From contig JBGAGQ010000005.1 of NCBI GenBank assembly GCA_044226625.1, positions 123,549 through 187,548 of the forward strand: DNA of 64,000 nucleotides, given 5' to 3'. The position numbers and the translations under genes are program-made. Positions 18,189 through 28,027 of the stretch are shown piece by piece. Numbering within the stretch: the stretch's first letter is position 1; each line of letters starts with the position of its first letter. Source of the DNA: Thermoanaerobaculia bacterium (GTDB lineage Bacteria > Acidobacteriota > Thermoanaerobaculia > Multivoradales > UBA5704). Under the pieces are notes generated by a model that saw only the letters and a list, made by a program, of their open reading frames with translations, was not told the origin of the DNA and searched no databases.

Positions 18189-19073
18189 TCAGCGAACGAA
18201 ACGGAACGGGTACGTTCCGAGCGGGGTCTCTCGACCCCCTCGATCGAGCCCCGAGATCTCCAGGCGATAGAGCCCGGGATCGAGCATCCTGGCGGGGAGG
18301 AGGATCGCGAGCGTGTCGCGCCCGTCGGGGTGGAGACCGGCGGAGGTCCAGATCGGTCGCCCGCCTGAGGTGCTCAAGACGGCGCGGTAGTCCGACTGGT
18401 CGACGATCGCGAGCTCGACCGCGAGGACGAGCGAGCCCTCACGAGTGGGGATTCTTAGCTGGTTGACGGGCTCTCCCTCGCCCTCCCCTCCGCGCACCGC
18501 GGCGAGAACGAAATACGGAACGTTGATCTGCGGCTTCCGCGGCGAGGGGGGCTCGGCCTCCGACGAGGCCGTGCGCTCGGTGGCGAGCTGCCCGTTCAAG
18601 CGTTCGCGCTCCGCGGCGCCGGCCCGTTCGGCTTGCGCGAGGCGAGCTTCCAGGCTCGCGACCCTCGCCGCGCCCACGGACTTCGAAGCGGACATCTCGC
18701 TCTCGAGGGTACGGTATCGCGCGGCGAGCCAGAGCGTGGGCAGAACCGCGAGACCGAGCAGAGCGAGGAGCGCCGCGCCGAGGCCTAGCCTTCGGCGCCG
18801 GGAGAGGAGCGCGAGCGCGGCGAGGAAGCCGAAACCGGTGCGCGCGGCGGCCGCCTGTCCGAGATCCGCGGCCGCGACGTCGAGCATACCGGCTCGGAAT
18901 CCTTCCGCCGCTTCGAGTCGATCCAGGCATTCCGGGCAGTCGAAGTAGTGCGCCTCGAAGGTGTCGCGCTCGGCGTCGGACAATCGGCCGGCAAGGTAGG
19001 CGTCGACCCAATCGCGGGCCTCGATCTCGACATGCAGCGCGGCGTGCGGGTCGCCGATCGTCGGCTCGCTCAT
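18189..19073 (-). CDS. Anti-sigma factor, zf-HC2 (ZAS), one TM plus periplasmic domain
   Basis: FEAHYFDCPEC (HxxxCxxC), TM helix, coiled coil and C-terminal beta domain; overlaps the sigma stop. Confidence 0.88.
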   Translation of the reverse strand: MSEPTIGDPHAALHVEIEARDWVDAYLAGRLSDAERDTFEAHYFDCPECLDRLEAAEGFRAGMLDVAAADLGQAAAARTGFGFLAALALLSRRRRLGLGAALLALLGLAVLPTLWLAARYRTLESEMSASKSVGAARVASLEARLAQAERAGAAERERLNGQLATERTASSEAEPPSPRKPQINVPYFVLAAVRGGEGEGEPVNQLRIPTREGSLVLAVELAIVDQSDYRAVLSTSGGRPIWTSAGLHPDGRDTLAILLPARMLDPGLYRLEISGLDRGGRETPLGTYPFRFVR

Positions 19074-19693
19074 TTCGCTTCCCTTTCCGTCGTCTCGCGG
19101 CGCTCGAACAGCTCTCGATAGCGCTGACGGGCGCGGTAGAGCACGCGGTTGAAATGCAGGTCGGAAAGGCCGAAGTCGCGGCGGATCTCCTCCTTCTCCT
19201 CGCCCGCGATGTAGTAGCGCGAGAGGATCTCGCGATCGCGGTCGTTTTTGAGCTCAGAGAGCACGCGGCGCACGGTCGCCGCACGCTCCCGGGCGATCAG
19301 GCTCGCGAGCTGTCCGGGCGCTGGATCGGGGGCGGCGTGGACCCCCTCGGGATCGCCCTGCCACCTCAGCCGCCGGGTGCCGGTCCGGGCGGAGCTCAGA
19401 AAGAGGTTTCGCGCCGTGCCGCAGACGAAGCCCGCGAGGCGCTCCGCCTCGCGGAGCTCACCGCCGCGTACCTTCTCGATCACCTTGCGGAACGTCTCCT
19501 GATAGAGGTCTTCGGCGAGCGCGTCGTCGCGCGTGAGACGGCGCAAGAGGAAGCGAAGCGCGCGCCCGAACCGGTGGACCAGCTCGGACTCGGCGCTCGG
19601 ATCACCGATCCCGATCCGGTGCACCAACCCGACCATGGGATCGCGGGCCGATTCGAGGACCGGATCGGGGGGCGCGTCGGCACGACCGCTCAT
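19070..19693 (-). CDS. ECF RNA polymerase sigma factor
   Basis: AEDLYQETF (region 2); DREILSRYY...FNRVLYRARQR (region 4). Confidence 0.92.
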   Translation of the reverse strand: MSGRADAPPDPVLESARDPMVGLVHRIGIGDPSAESELVHRFGRALRFLLRRLTRDDALAEDLYQETFRKVIEKVRGGELREAERLAGFVCGTARNLFLSSARTGTRRLRWQGDPEGVHAAPDPAPGQLASLIARERAATVRRVLSELKNDRDREILSRYYIAGEEKEEIRRDFGLSDLHFNRVLYRARQRYRELFERRETTEREAK

Positions 19694-19743
19694 GAACACC
19701 TCATCGCCCGGGAAGGGGCGATGATACTGCACCGCCGCGGCGA

Positions 19744-20172
19744 TCACCGGCGATCCATTCCCTCGCCGCCCGGGAACGGCGGGATGTGCGCCTCAGCCGC
19801 GAAGGAGCCGGCGTTGCCGGTCGAGAACGGGTCGATCTTGATCTCGCCGACGAGGCTCGGTACACCGTCCTTGGCCGAGAGCTGGACCTGAACGTAACAC
19901 TTGATCGCGGCCGGTCCGATGTTCGCCTGGACGTCGCTCGCCGCAAGCGTGTCGGCCTGGTCGGAAAGGTCGAGACCGGAGATGCTGCTCCAGCGGTGGC
20001 TCCCGTCGAGCCAAGCGAGCGAGTAGACCGGCGGAAAGGTCTGTTTGCTGATGCCAACCAGCAGGGTGCCCCCGACGACGAACGCATCCTCCGGTATCGG
20101 ACCGCTCCGTGTCGTGACCTGCCAATGTGTGATTCGCCACCCCTGGAGCAGCGCGAACTCTTCCGTGGCCAT
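19744..20172 (-). CDS. Hypothetical beta-rich protein, 142 aa
   Basis: GGAGG RBS before ATG 20172; no signal peptide; lies between the CHAT and sigma genes. Confidence 0.7.
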   Translation of the reverse strand: MATEEFALLQGWRITHWQVTTRSGPIPEDAFVVGGTLLVGISKQTFPPVYSLAWLDGSHRWSSISGLDLSDQADTLAASDVQANIGPAAIKCYVQVQLSAKDGVPSLVGEIKIDPFSTGNAGSFAAEAHIPPFPGGEGMDRR

Positions 20173-20286
20173 TTTTCGTACCTCCGACCGTTCCGAATCG
20201 ACACGGCGGTCGATCGCCGTCGTCGCCAAGTGGAAGTTCCCCCAAGGCCGCGTCTCCCAGCCCTTTCGTCGGCCGTCTGCGTTTCC

Positions 20287-23200
20287 TCAAGGTGCCGCCC
20301 AGTCCCCTTCGAGGACGAAACCGCTCCAGTAGTAAGGCGAGCGCCAACGCGGCTCGGCGCGGATCGAGAGCTGCGCTCTACGAAGCGCGGCGGCCGGCGG
20401 CAAATTCTCCGTCAGGAGGCCGCGATAGAAGCGCGCCATCAGCTCCGCGGTGGCGCGGTCCTCGACCCGCCAGAGGCTCGCGAGCACCTGCCGGGCGCCG
20501 GCGTACAGGAAGCCCCGGGAGAGGCCGATCAGCCCTTCGCCCCGAACCTCCACACCGAGCGCCGTCTCGCACCCCGAGAGCACGACGAGGTCGGCACCGA
20601 GGCGCAGGTTGTAGACGTCACGCAGGCCGAGGAAGCCCTCCTCGGCCCGGCCGCTTGGATCGACCCGCGAGAGCATCAGCCCGGACAGTGCGGGCGTCGC
20701 GGCGTCGATCAGGCCGTGGGTCGCGAAATGGACGATTCGGTAGCTGGCGATTTCGGACGACAGGGCGGTCGCGCGGCTGGCTCGAAAGTCGAGCGCGACG
20801 AATGCGCGATCCCGCGGGGCGATCGCCTCGATCGCCTCGGCCTCGCGACGGGTCCAGGGGAGCCGCGCGAGCGCCTTCCCCTCGAACGGTCCGCGCCGGC
20901 CTGCGTCGGAGGCCGCCGCGCTCGGTGCCGTCCGGACCCGCGAATCGAGCGGATCGAACACCGGATCGGCGAGCACCGCGACGGCTCCCTTCGCACGCTC
21001 CTTCCGCGCGAACCGGCGGGCGAGCGCGACGGAGGATGCCGAGAGCGCCTCGACCACCTCGTGGCGGACGACGAGAGGAATCGGGCGCCCCCTTTCCTCG
21101 ACGCCGGGGATCGGCAGCGCCGCGACGGGCACGTAGGCGAGCTGGCCGTCGAGGGCTACGATCAACCGGCGCTCGCCGAGGCGCGCCGCGATCGGACCGA
21201 ACAGCATGGATGAGAGGCGGGCCGCCGCGGTTTCCTTCCGGGCATCCTGGGCTCCGACGCCTTCGCGGAGTGCGGACGCGTCGAGGTAGACCGCCCGGGC
21301 CGCCGCTTCGATCTCGGCCCGCGGAGGCAGCTCGAATCCCGAGATCCCCTCCGCCTCGAGGGCCCAGAGGTAGCTCCGCTCCTCGCCGAGCGAGACCTCG
21401 AGCAGCAAGTCGTCCCCGGCAAGGAGCGCCCGAGCCTCCGCGGCCGTCACCGGCTGGGGCCGGGTGAGCGCCGCGTAGCGCGGGCTCTTGTCTCGAATCT
21501 CGGAATCGAGGGCGGCGAGCTCGTCGAGCGTCGAGCGCAATTCGACCTCGACCGCGCGGCGACGCTCGTCGCCGGCAGGCCGGCCGGCGAGCTCGGCCCG
21601 TCGACCGGCCTTCGCGTGGAGCCGTAGGAGCAGCGCGCGCTCTCGCTCGCGAAGGGTCGGATCGATCCCTTCGCGAACGTCGGTGCGCGCTTCGTTCAAT
21701 AGATCGAGCAGAGATCGAGCGCGTGCCCTCTCGGCGACCTCGAAACCGGCGAGGGGGTCGTGGGCCGCCATCGCGAGATCGATCGCGAGCTCGAAGGCGG
21801 CCCGCTGGGCCGCGAGGAACGATGCGCGGAGATCTGGATCGCTCTCGCTCGCGCGGAGCGTCTCGATCGTCCGGAGGGCTTCGTCGGTCCGCTTACGCGC
21901 CTCTTGAGGCTGGCCGAGTGTCCGCGCCACCCGGGCGAGCCCGACCAGCGCCTCGAGGGTCCGGGCGGGGGATTCGATCGCGCGGGAAATTCCAAGCGCC
22001 TCCTCGAACGTCCGCGCTGCCGCGCCCGGCGGTCCGAGCGCGAGCTGCGCTTGGCCGAGGATCTGGAGCGCAGCCGCTTCGTCGATCCGGGACTCGAGGT
22101 CCCGTGCACGCGCCAGGGCGCGGGAGGCCTCGCCCAGCGCGCCCTTCTCGTCGCCGGCGTCCAGACTCGCTTTGCCCGCGAGCAGGCGGGCGAGCAGCTC
22201 GCCGCGCTTGTCGCCCCTCGCCTCGGCGGCGGCGCCCGCTCGACGCCCCAGCTCGAGCGCGGCCGTCACTTCGCCCGCGCGGAGACGTGCGTAGCCGGCC
22301 GCGATCTCCGCCGCCGCGGCACCCGAGACGTCGCCTACCTCGCGCCGGATCCCCATCGCGGCTTCGAAGTCCGCCCGCGCATGCAGATAGTCGCCGAGTC
22401 CGTAATAGGCGGCGCCCCGGTTGCGCAGGACGGAGGCCTGCCACAGCCGGTCGCCCGACGCCTCGAAGATCGCGAGCGCGGGTGTGTACGCCTCAAGCGC
22501 CTGGCCGAATTCGCCAAGGTCGTTTTCGAGCGCGCCGAGGTTGGTGAGCGTCCGCGCCTCGCCGCGCCGGTCGCCGAGCGCCCGCCAAAGCGCGAGCACC
22601 TCGCGGTCCGCAGCGAGCGCGGCCTCCGGCTCGCCGAGCCCGTGGGCGACCGCCGCCAGGTTGTGAAGCACGTTCGCCTTCCACGAGCCCGTCTCGCCCG
22701 CCTCGACGAAGCGATCGAGTGCCCGCCGGTAGAAATCGAGCCCCTCGCGAAGCCTACCGCTCGAATGGAGCGCGAAGCCCAGATTGTTGAGCGCCTTGGC
22801 CTCCTCGATCGTCCGCCCCAGCCGGCGCTCGAGGTCGAGCGCACTCCGCTGGGCCTCCGCTCCCGCGGCGGGGTCGCCCGACGCCACGCGCGCGAGCCCG
22901 AGCCCGCCCCACGCCGCCGCCTCGCCCCCCTCGTCGCCGAGGCGGGTGAAGCGCTCGAGCGCATCGCCATAGCGGTCGACCGCTTCTTTCGCCTCGCCGA
23001 GCCCGAGCGCGATACCGCCTCGCGCGAGAGCGCAGCGCGCCTCGTCGGAGCCGCGACCCAAGGAACGGTAGATCGCTTCCGCCCGCTCGTAGAGCGCTGC
23101 GGCCTTCCGTCTCTCGTCCGCCGCGTCGATCCGGTTCGCCGCGCCCGCCTCGGTCAACAGCCGGAGGCCTTCCAGGCGCCGAGCCACCGCCTCGTCGTCG

Positions 23201-23658
23201 GAGCGGATCTCTTCGAGAGTGATGACGAACGATCCGGGGGCCGCGCCGCGGCTCGGGCTCAGCACCCGGATCTCGACCGGGCCGGCGATCTCCACCGGCA
23301 GCAGCAACGTTTCCGGCCCCTCGCTGTCGAGCGGACTGTCGATCGAGACGAGAGGCTCGTCGCGTGGCTCCAGGTCGCTCGCCGCGGCGGCTCGAGCTTC
23401 GACCACCAAGTCGATACCGCGCTGCTCGACCGTGACGAGGAGCCGTGCCCCGGGCCGGACCCCGACGCGAAAGGCTTGCGCTGCTCCCCCCGCGAGCCGT
23501 CCTTCAATCGGCTCGCCCGGTCGAATCTCGCGCGCGGCGTTCTCGTCCGTGGCCGCTTCTGGCCTGCCAAGCGCGAGCGCCGGGATCAGGGCGCCCGCGA
23601 CCAGGGCCGAGAGGAACCGGTCGCGCAGGCCGCGGCGCAATCCGCGAAAACCCAGCAT
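20287..23658 (-). CDS. Secreted TPR-CHAT (caspase-like) protease
   Basis: Signal peptide, PPC-like N domain and many TPRs; intact dyad VHFATHG and LSGCETALG; SLWRVED and PYYWSGF. Confidence 0.93.
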   Translation of the reverse strand: MLGFRGLRRGLRDRFLSALVAGALIPALALGRPEAATDENAAREIRPGEPIEGRLAGGAAQAFRVGVRPGARLLVTVEQRGIDLVVEARAAAASDLEPRDEPLVSIDSPLDSEGPETLLLPVEIAGPVEIRVLSPSRGAAPGSFVITLEEIRSDDEAVARRLEGLRLLTEAGAANRIDAADERRKAAALYERAEAIYRSLGRGSDEARCALARGGIALGLGEAKEAVDRYGDALERFTRLGDEGGEAAAWGGLGLARVASGDPAAGAEAQRSALDLERRLGRTIEEAKALNNLGFALHSSGRLREGLDFYRRALDRFVEAGETGSWKANVLHNLAAVAHGLGEPEAALAADREVLALWRALGDRRGEARTLTNLGALENDLGEFGQALEAYTPALAIFEASGDRLWQASVLRNRGAAYYGLGDYLHARADFEAAMGIRREVGDVSGAAAAEIAAGYARLRAGEVTAALELGRRAGAAAEARGDKRGELLARLLAGKASLDAGDEKGALGEASRALARARDLESRIDEAAALQILGQAQLALGPPGAAARTFEEALGISRAIESPARTLEALVGLARVARTLGQPQEARKRTDEALRTIETLRASESDPDLRASFLAAQRAAFELAIDLAMAAHDPLAGFEVAERARARSLLDLLNEARTDVREGIDPTLRERERALLLRLHAKAGRRAELAGRPAGDERRRAVEVELRSTLDELAALDSEIRDKSPRYAALTRPQPVTAAEARALLAGDDLLLEVSLGEERSYLWALEAEGISGFELPPRAEIEAAARAVYLDASALREGVGAQDARKETAAARLSSMLFGPIAARLGERRLIVALDGQLAYVPVAALPIPGVEERGRPIPLVVRHEVVEALSASSVALARRFARKERAKGAVAVLADPVFDPLDSRVRTAPSAAASDAGRRGPFEGKALARLPWTRREAEAIEAIAPRDRAFVALDFRASRATALSSEIASYRIVHFATHGLIDAATPALSGLMLSRVDPSGRAEEGFLGLRDVYNLRLGADLVVLSGCETALGVEVRGEGLIGLSRGFLYAGARQVLASLWRVEDRATAELMARFYRGLLTENLPPAAALRRAQLSIRAEPRWRSPYYWSGFVLEGDWAAP

Positions 23659-23926
23659 ACGGCTCTCCGTTCAGATCTCGCGAGGATACAGCAGGAGCGA
23701 ATCGACCCGCTTCAAGAGCCCCTTCCCAGGCTGCTTAGGGTCCTGGGGGACGCTCGGGAACCGTGGGGTGAGATGAAATCGCGCGCGTCCGGCATCTTCC
23801 GGCATGTCACCCGACGATCGGCGCGAGCAGAGGGGCTGCGATCCAGGGCCGGGCGAAAGGGGGCGGGCGATGCCCTGCCGGGTCGTTTTGGCGGCTTGCC
23901 GCGGAAACGGATACAATCTCGTAAAT

Positions 23927-24688
23927 ATGTTGATCCAAGTCCTGGGCGGTTACGGCGGCGAGAGCGACGTTTGTCGGATGACCTGCCTTTTGATCAACGG
24001 CACGATCGCCTTGGACGCCGGATCTCTTTCTCAAGTCCTGCCGATCGAGCGTCAGGTGGGCGTGCACTCGATCGTCCTTTCGCATTCCCACATGGATCAC
24101 ACGAACTCCTTGCCGTTCTTCATCGAGAACGTCTATGGCCAAGGGGATCGAGCGATCGAGCTCTATGCGTCCGAGCCGACCGCCTACGCGATTCGCAAAT
24201 ACCTGTTCAACAATGCGACCTGGCCCGATTTCACGCGGCTGCCGAACCATCTGCTCCCCGCGGTCCGGTTCCATGAGTTCGAATCCGAGGCGCCGATCAC
24301 GATCGAAGGGGTGAAGATCACGCCGATCGCGGTCGATCATTTGGTCCCCACCCATGGCTTCCTGATCGAAGAGGGGGGCCAGGCGGTAATCTGGTCGAGC
24401 GACACGGGACCGACCCGCCGGCTCTGGGAGATCGCGAACAAGACGCCCAACCTCCGGGCGTTGTGCATCGAGACCAGCTTCGAGAACGCGCTCCAAGAAG
24501 TGGCCGACATTTCGCTCCACCTCACTCCGAGGACGCTCGAGGTCGAGCTGCGCAAGCTCGAGCGTAAGGTTCCGATTCTCCTTCACCACCTGAAGCCGCC
24601 GTACGTCAAGCGGATCCACGAAGAAGTGAAGGCGCTGCGCAACCCCGACCTCGATTTCCTCGAACAAGGCAAGGAATACCGCTTCTAG
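23927..24688 (+). CDS. Class II cyclic-nucleotide phosphodiesterase (MBL fold)
   Basis: LDAGS, HSHMDH, FNNATWPDF, SSDTGPT, HLTP, HLKP. Confidence 0.88.
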   Translation: MLIQVLGGYGGESDVCRMTCLLINGTIALDAGSLSQVLPIERQVGVHSIVLSHSHMDHTNSLPFFIENVYGQGDRAIELYASEPTAYAIRKYLFNNATWPDFTRLPNHLLPAVRFHEFESEAPITIEGVKITPIAVDHLVPTHGFLIEEGGQAVIWSSDTGPTRRLWEIANKTPNLRALCIETSFENALQEVADISLHLTPRTLEVELRKLERKVPILLHHLKPPYVKRIHEEVKALRNPDLDFLEQGKEYRF

Positions 24689-24732
24689 CGACCCCTCCGG
24701 GCTCATCGCCCGGGTTTGGATTCTGCGAGCGA

Positions 24733-25683
24733 TCAGACGCGGAGCCAGCGGGCGCGGACGAGCAGTCCGATACGCGTGCGCAGGCCGAGGTGCGGCGGCT
24801 GGGCGAGGAGCCCCCGGTCGGATTCCTCGATCCGCGACAGGAGCGCGAGACCCGCGAACAGGGCGTAGCCCACCGTCTGTCGGAATCCCGCCGGCAGGGC
24901 GGGCAGGCCGCGGGCGCCGCCCAGGAAGAGGGGGCGAAGGCGGGCGCATTCCTCATAGGCCGCCTGGAGAAGGGTCGGCTCGGGCGGGTGCGTCGTTGCG
25001 GCGTCGCCCACCTCGTTCCGCGGAAGCGGACAACGTCCTGAGGCGGTCTCCTCCCCGAGCCTTTGGAGCGCCTCGAGCCGAACCAGCCCCGCGCCGAGCG
25101 CGTCCACCTCACAGGGAGACGCCGCGCCGAGCCACGTGCGACCGACCGCGCGAGCGAGCGCGAGGGCGCCCCGTTCCAGATCCTCGACGTTCAAGGGCTG
25201 GCCGCGAATCGCCCGCTGCCGGGCGCAGGCGGCGAGCGCCTCGAGCCCTTCGGTCGACCAGCGCCGGCGTCCTTGCTCCCGAGCCATTGCGGCGAGGATC
25301 GGCTCGGAGGTCGGCCGCCCGGCGAGCGCCTCTTCGAGGCCGAACTCCCAACGGTTGATCGCCGCGAGGCGCTCGCCCTCTACGCCGCGCTGCCGGGCGA
25401 AATCGAACAGGACGACGACGTGCGAGACGAGCGCCTGCGCTCGATGGCGCTCCGGACGGGTGAGCAGCGCGAGGGCCGGGGCGAAGTCGCCGAGCCGGCT
25501 CCGCGCGAGGTCGGCGCAGAGGTCGATGGCCGCTTGCGGATCGGCGCGCCCGCCCTCCGGCGGGCGCATCTCGTCGATCAGACGTCCGTGACGGCTCGCG
25601 CCGAGCGCGTCAGCGCGCCAGGACGGGTCGTCCGGATGCCGCTCGATCGAGCCGTTGGGCGCCGGGTCCGGGACCTTCTCCAT
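24733..25683 (-). CDS. Squalene/phytoene synthase family protein with degenerate DxxxD motifs
   Basis: FAPALALL, LQRLGEETASGRCPLP and LLSRIEE resemble the SQS/PSY fold. Confidence 0.7.
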   Translation of the reverse strand: MEKVPDPAPNGSIERHPDDPSWRADALGASRHGRLIDEMRPPEGGRADPQAAIDLCADLARSRLGDFAPALALLTRPERHRAQALVSHVVVLFDFARQRGVEGERLAAINRWEFGLEEALAGRPTSEPILAAMAREQGRRRWSTEGLEALAACARQRAIRGQPLNVEDLERGALALARAVGRTWLGAASPCEVDALGAGLVRLEALQRLGEETASGRCPLPRNEVGDAATTHPPEPTLLQAAYEECARLRPLFLGGARGLPALPAGFRQTVGYALFAGLALLSRIEESDRGLLAQPPHLGLRTRIGLLVRARWLRV

Positions 25684-25718
25684 TCCTGCCGAGGTCGGTT
25701 CGAGATCGGAGGAAACGT

Positions 25719-26909
25719 TCAGGCGAGCAGGCGGAGCAGCTCGCGCTGCGGCTCGGCGCCGGTGATCTCGGCGCGCGTGGGGGTGAGCGCAACGTTGATC
25801 TCGCTGCGGATGCCGAAGTCATCGGTCAGATACACGCCCGGCTCGATCGAAAAGCCGGTCATCGGCAGAAGGCGCCGGGTGTCGTGCGTTTCCAGGTTGT
25901 CCATGTTGGCGCCCTGGCCGTGGTCGCTGATCCCGATCGAATGGCCCGTCCGGTGGATGAACCGGTCGCCGAAGCCGGCCTTGCGGATCACCTCGCGGCC
26001 CACCTCGTCCACCTCCCAGCCGGCGATCGGGGTGTGGGGATAGCGCGAGCGGACGAGCTCCCACGAGGCGTCACGGGCGCCCGAGACGGCCGCCCAGACC
26101 TGCTGCTGGCGGTCGGTCGGGGCGGGGGCGCAGACACCGCACCAGGTGATGTCGGCGTAGACGCTGCTCGGCGTTTTCTCTTTCGCCCAGAGGTCGATGA
26201 GCAGGAAGTCGCCGGAGCGGATCGGCGAGGAATGGCCCGGGCCCGGCTGATAGTGCGGGTCGGCCGAGTGGCCGTTCACCCCGACGATCGGATCGGATTC
26301 CGCCCACAGACCCGCCTTGTCGAACGCCTCGACGATGAAGCGCTGGATCGTGTACTCGTCGGCCGCTTCGCCTCGGCGCAACGCCTTTTCGACTTCGTGG
26401 AACGCCTCGAGCGCGATCCGGTGAAGGTGGACGTTGGCCCGGCGGTGCCCCTCGAGCTGGTCCTCGCTCCAGACCGCGGCGAACTGCTGGACCAGGTCGG
26501 CGCTCGAGATCAGCTCGGCGCCGTAACTGCGGAGCAGCTCGGCGGTTCCGGCGTCCAGGCGCGAGATGTTCGGCAGCTCGTTGTTCGGGCTGTACTGGGC
26601 GGCCAGGCGACGGCAGCCCGCGATCAACTCGCCGAGCTTTTTCTTGTGCTCCTGCCAGGGGAGGTAGATCTCCTTGCCGCCCGGCAGGTGATCGAGCATC
26701 GAAGACTCGATCGCGTGCACCAGCTTCTTCGGCTCGCCGGTCCGCGGGATCAGGTAGTAGCAGCGGCGGGTGACCAGCTTCCCTTCGACGTTCAGGGCGA
26801 GCAGGTCGAGGCCGACCGGATCGAGCTGCTGGAAACAGGCGAACAGCCAGCCATCGAGGCCGGCGTCGGCGAGCGCGCTTTGAATGTCCGGAATCCGTTC
26901 GGCAAGCAT
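25719..26909 (-). CDS. M24 family (Xaa-Pro) metallopeptidase
   Basis: DPHY, LIDLW, YADIT, HRTGHSIG, FSIEPGVY, RSE. Confidence 0.92.
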   Translation of the reverse strand: MLAERIPDIQSALADAGLDGWLFACFQQLDPVGLDLLALNVEGKLVTRRCYYLIPRTGEPKKLVHAIESSMLDHLPGGKEIYLPWQEHKKKLGELIAGCRRLAAQYSPNNELPNISRLDAGTAELLRSYGAELISSADLVQQFAAVWSEDQLEGHRRANVHLHRIALEAFHEVEKALRRGEAADEYTIQRFIVEAFDKAGLWAESDPIVGVNGHSADPHYQPGPGHSSPIRSGDFLLIDLWAKEKTPSSVYADITWCGVCAPAPTDRQQQVWAAVSGARDASWELVRSRYPHTPIAGWEVDEVGREVIRKAGFGDRFIHRTGHSIGISDHGQGANMDNLETHDTRRLLPMTGFSIEPGVYLTDDFGIRSEINVALTPTRAEITGAEPQRELLRLLA

Positions 26910-26981
26910 GAGAGTCTCCGCGAAAATCGGCGTCTGAACCGGCCGAGAATGCTATCAGAGGACGATAGGCTCACCGGACCG

Positions 26982-27932
26982 ATGAAGGTGTTCTACACCG
27001 ACCATTTCGTGCTGCCGCTTCCCGAAGGGCACCGCTTTCCGATGGCCAAATACGGTCTGCTGAGAGAGCGCGTGCTCGCCGAGGGGAGCGTGGCCCCGGC
27101 GGACCTTCTCGTGCCCGACGCTGCGACCGACGAGCAGCTGTCGCTCGCCCACGACCCCGATTATGTGGCGCGCGTCGCCACGGGCCGGCTCGAGCGGACG
27201 GAGAGCCGACGCATCGGCTTCCCTTGGTCCGAGGCGATGGTCGAGCGCTCGCGCCGTTCGACCGGCGCGACGATCGCTGCCGCCCGCGTGGCGCTCGAGC
27301 CGCCGAGCGCGGGAGGAGGCGCGGTCGCCGCGAACCTCGCCGGCGGCACGCACCACGCGATGCCGGCGCGCGGCGAAGGGTACTGCGTCTGGAACGACGC
27401 GGCGGTCGCCGCCCGGCTGCTCCAGCGTGAGGGGCGAATCCGGCGCGCGATCGTGATCGACTGCGACGTGCATCAGGGCAACGGCACGGCCGCGATCTTT
27501 CGAGACGATCCGACGGTCTTCACGTTCTCGATCCACAACCGGAACAACTTTCCGTTCCACAAAGAGCAGAGCGATCTCGACCTCGAGCTCGCCGATCGGA
27601 CGGGCGACGAGGAGTACCTGCGCCTGCTCGAAGAGGGGCTCGAGCGGGCGTTTTCGGTCGCCAACGCCGACCTCGCGTTCTACGTCTCGGGAGCCGATCC
27701 CCACGAGCGCGATCGACTCGGGCGGATCTCGCTCACCTTCGAGGGGCTCGCCGAGCGCGACCGGCGGGTGCTCGCGTGGTGTCGGGCGGCGGAGGTTCCG
27801 GTGGCGGTCGCCATGGCCGGCGGCTACGGCCGGGTGTTGGAGGAGACCGTCTCGATCCACGCGCGGACCGTCTCGCTGGCCGCCGAAAGCTGGCGGGCCC
27901 GCGGCGCCCCTCGCGCTGCGTCGGCTGGGTAG
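26982..27932 (+). CDS. Histone deacetylase family protein
   Basis: HRFPMAKY, GGTHHA, GYCVWND, DCDVHQGNGT, GADP, GGY. Confidence 0.93.
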   Translation: MKVFYTDHFVLPLPEGHRFPMAKYGLLRERVLAEGSVAPADLLVPDAATDEQLSLAHDPDYVARVATGRLERTESRRIGFPWSEAMVERSRRSTGATIAAARVALEPPSAGGGAVAANLAGGTHHAMPARGEGYCVWNDAAVAARLLQREGRIRRAIVIDCDVHQGNGTAAIFRDDPTVFTFSIHNRNNFPFHKEQSDLDLELADRTGDEEYLRLLEEGLERAFSVANADLAFYVSGADPHERDRLGRISLTFEGLAERDRRVLAWCRAAEVPVAVAMAGGYGRVLEETVSIHARTVSLAAESWRARGAPRAASAG

Positions 27933-28027
27933 AATCCTCCCGGTCTAGAATCTGCAAGTCAGGACATCTCGCTCCGGCCCCCGGGAACGCTTCGGCGAGC
28001 CCCGAGCGTCGAGAAAGGAAATCTTTC

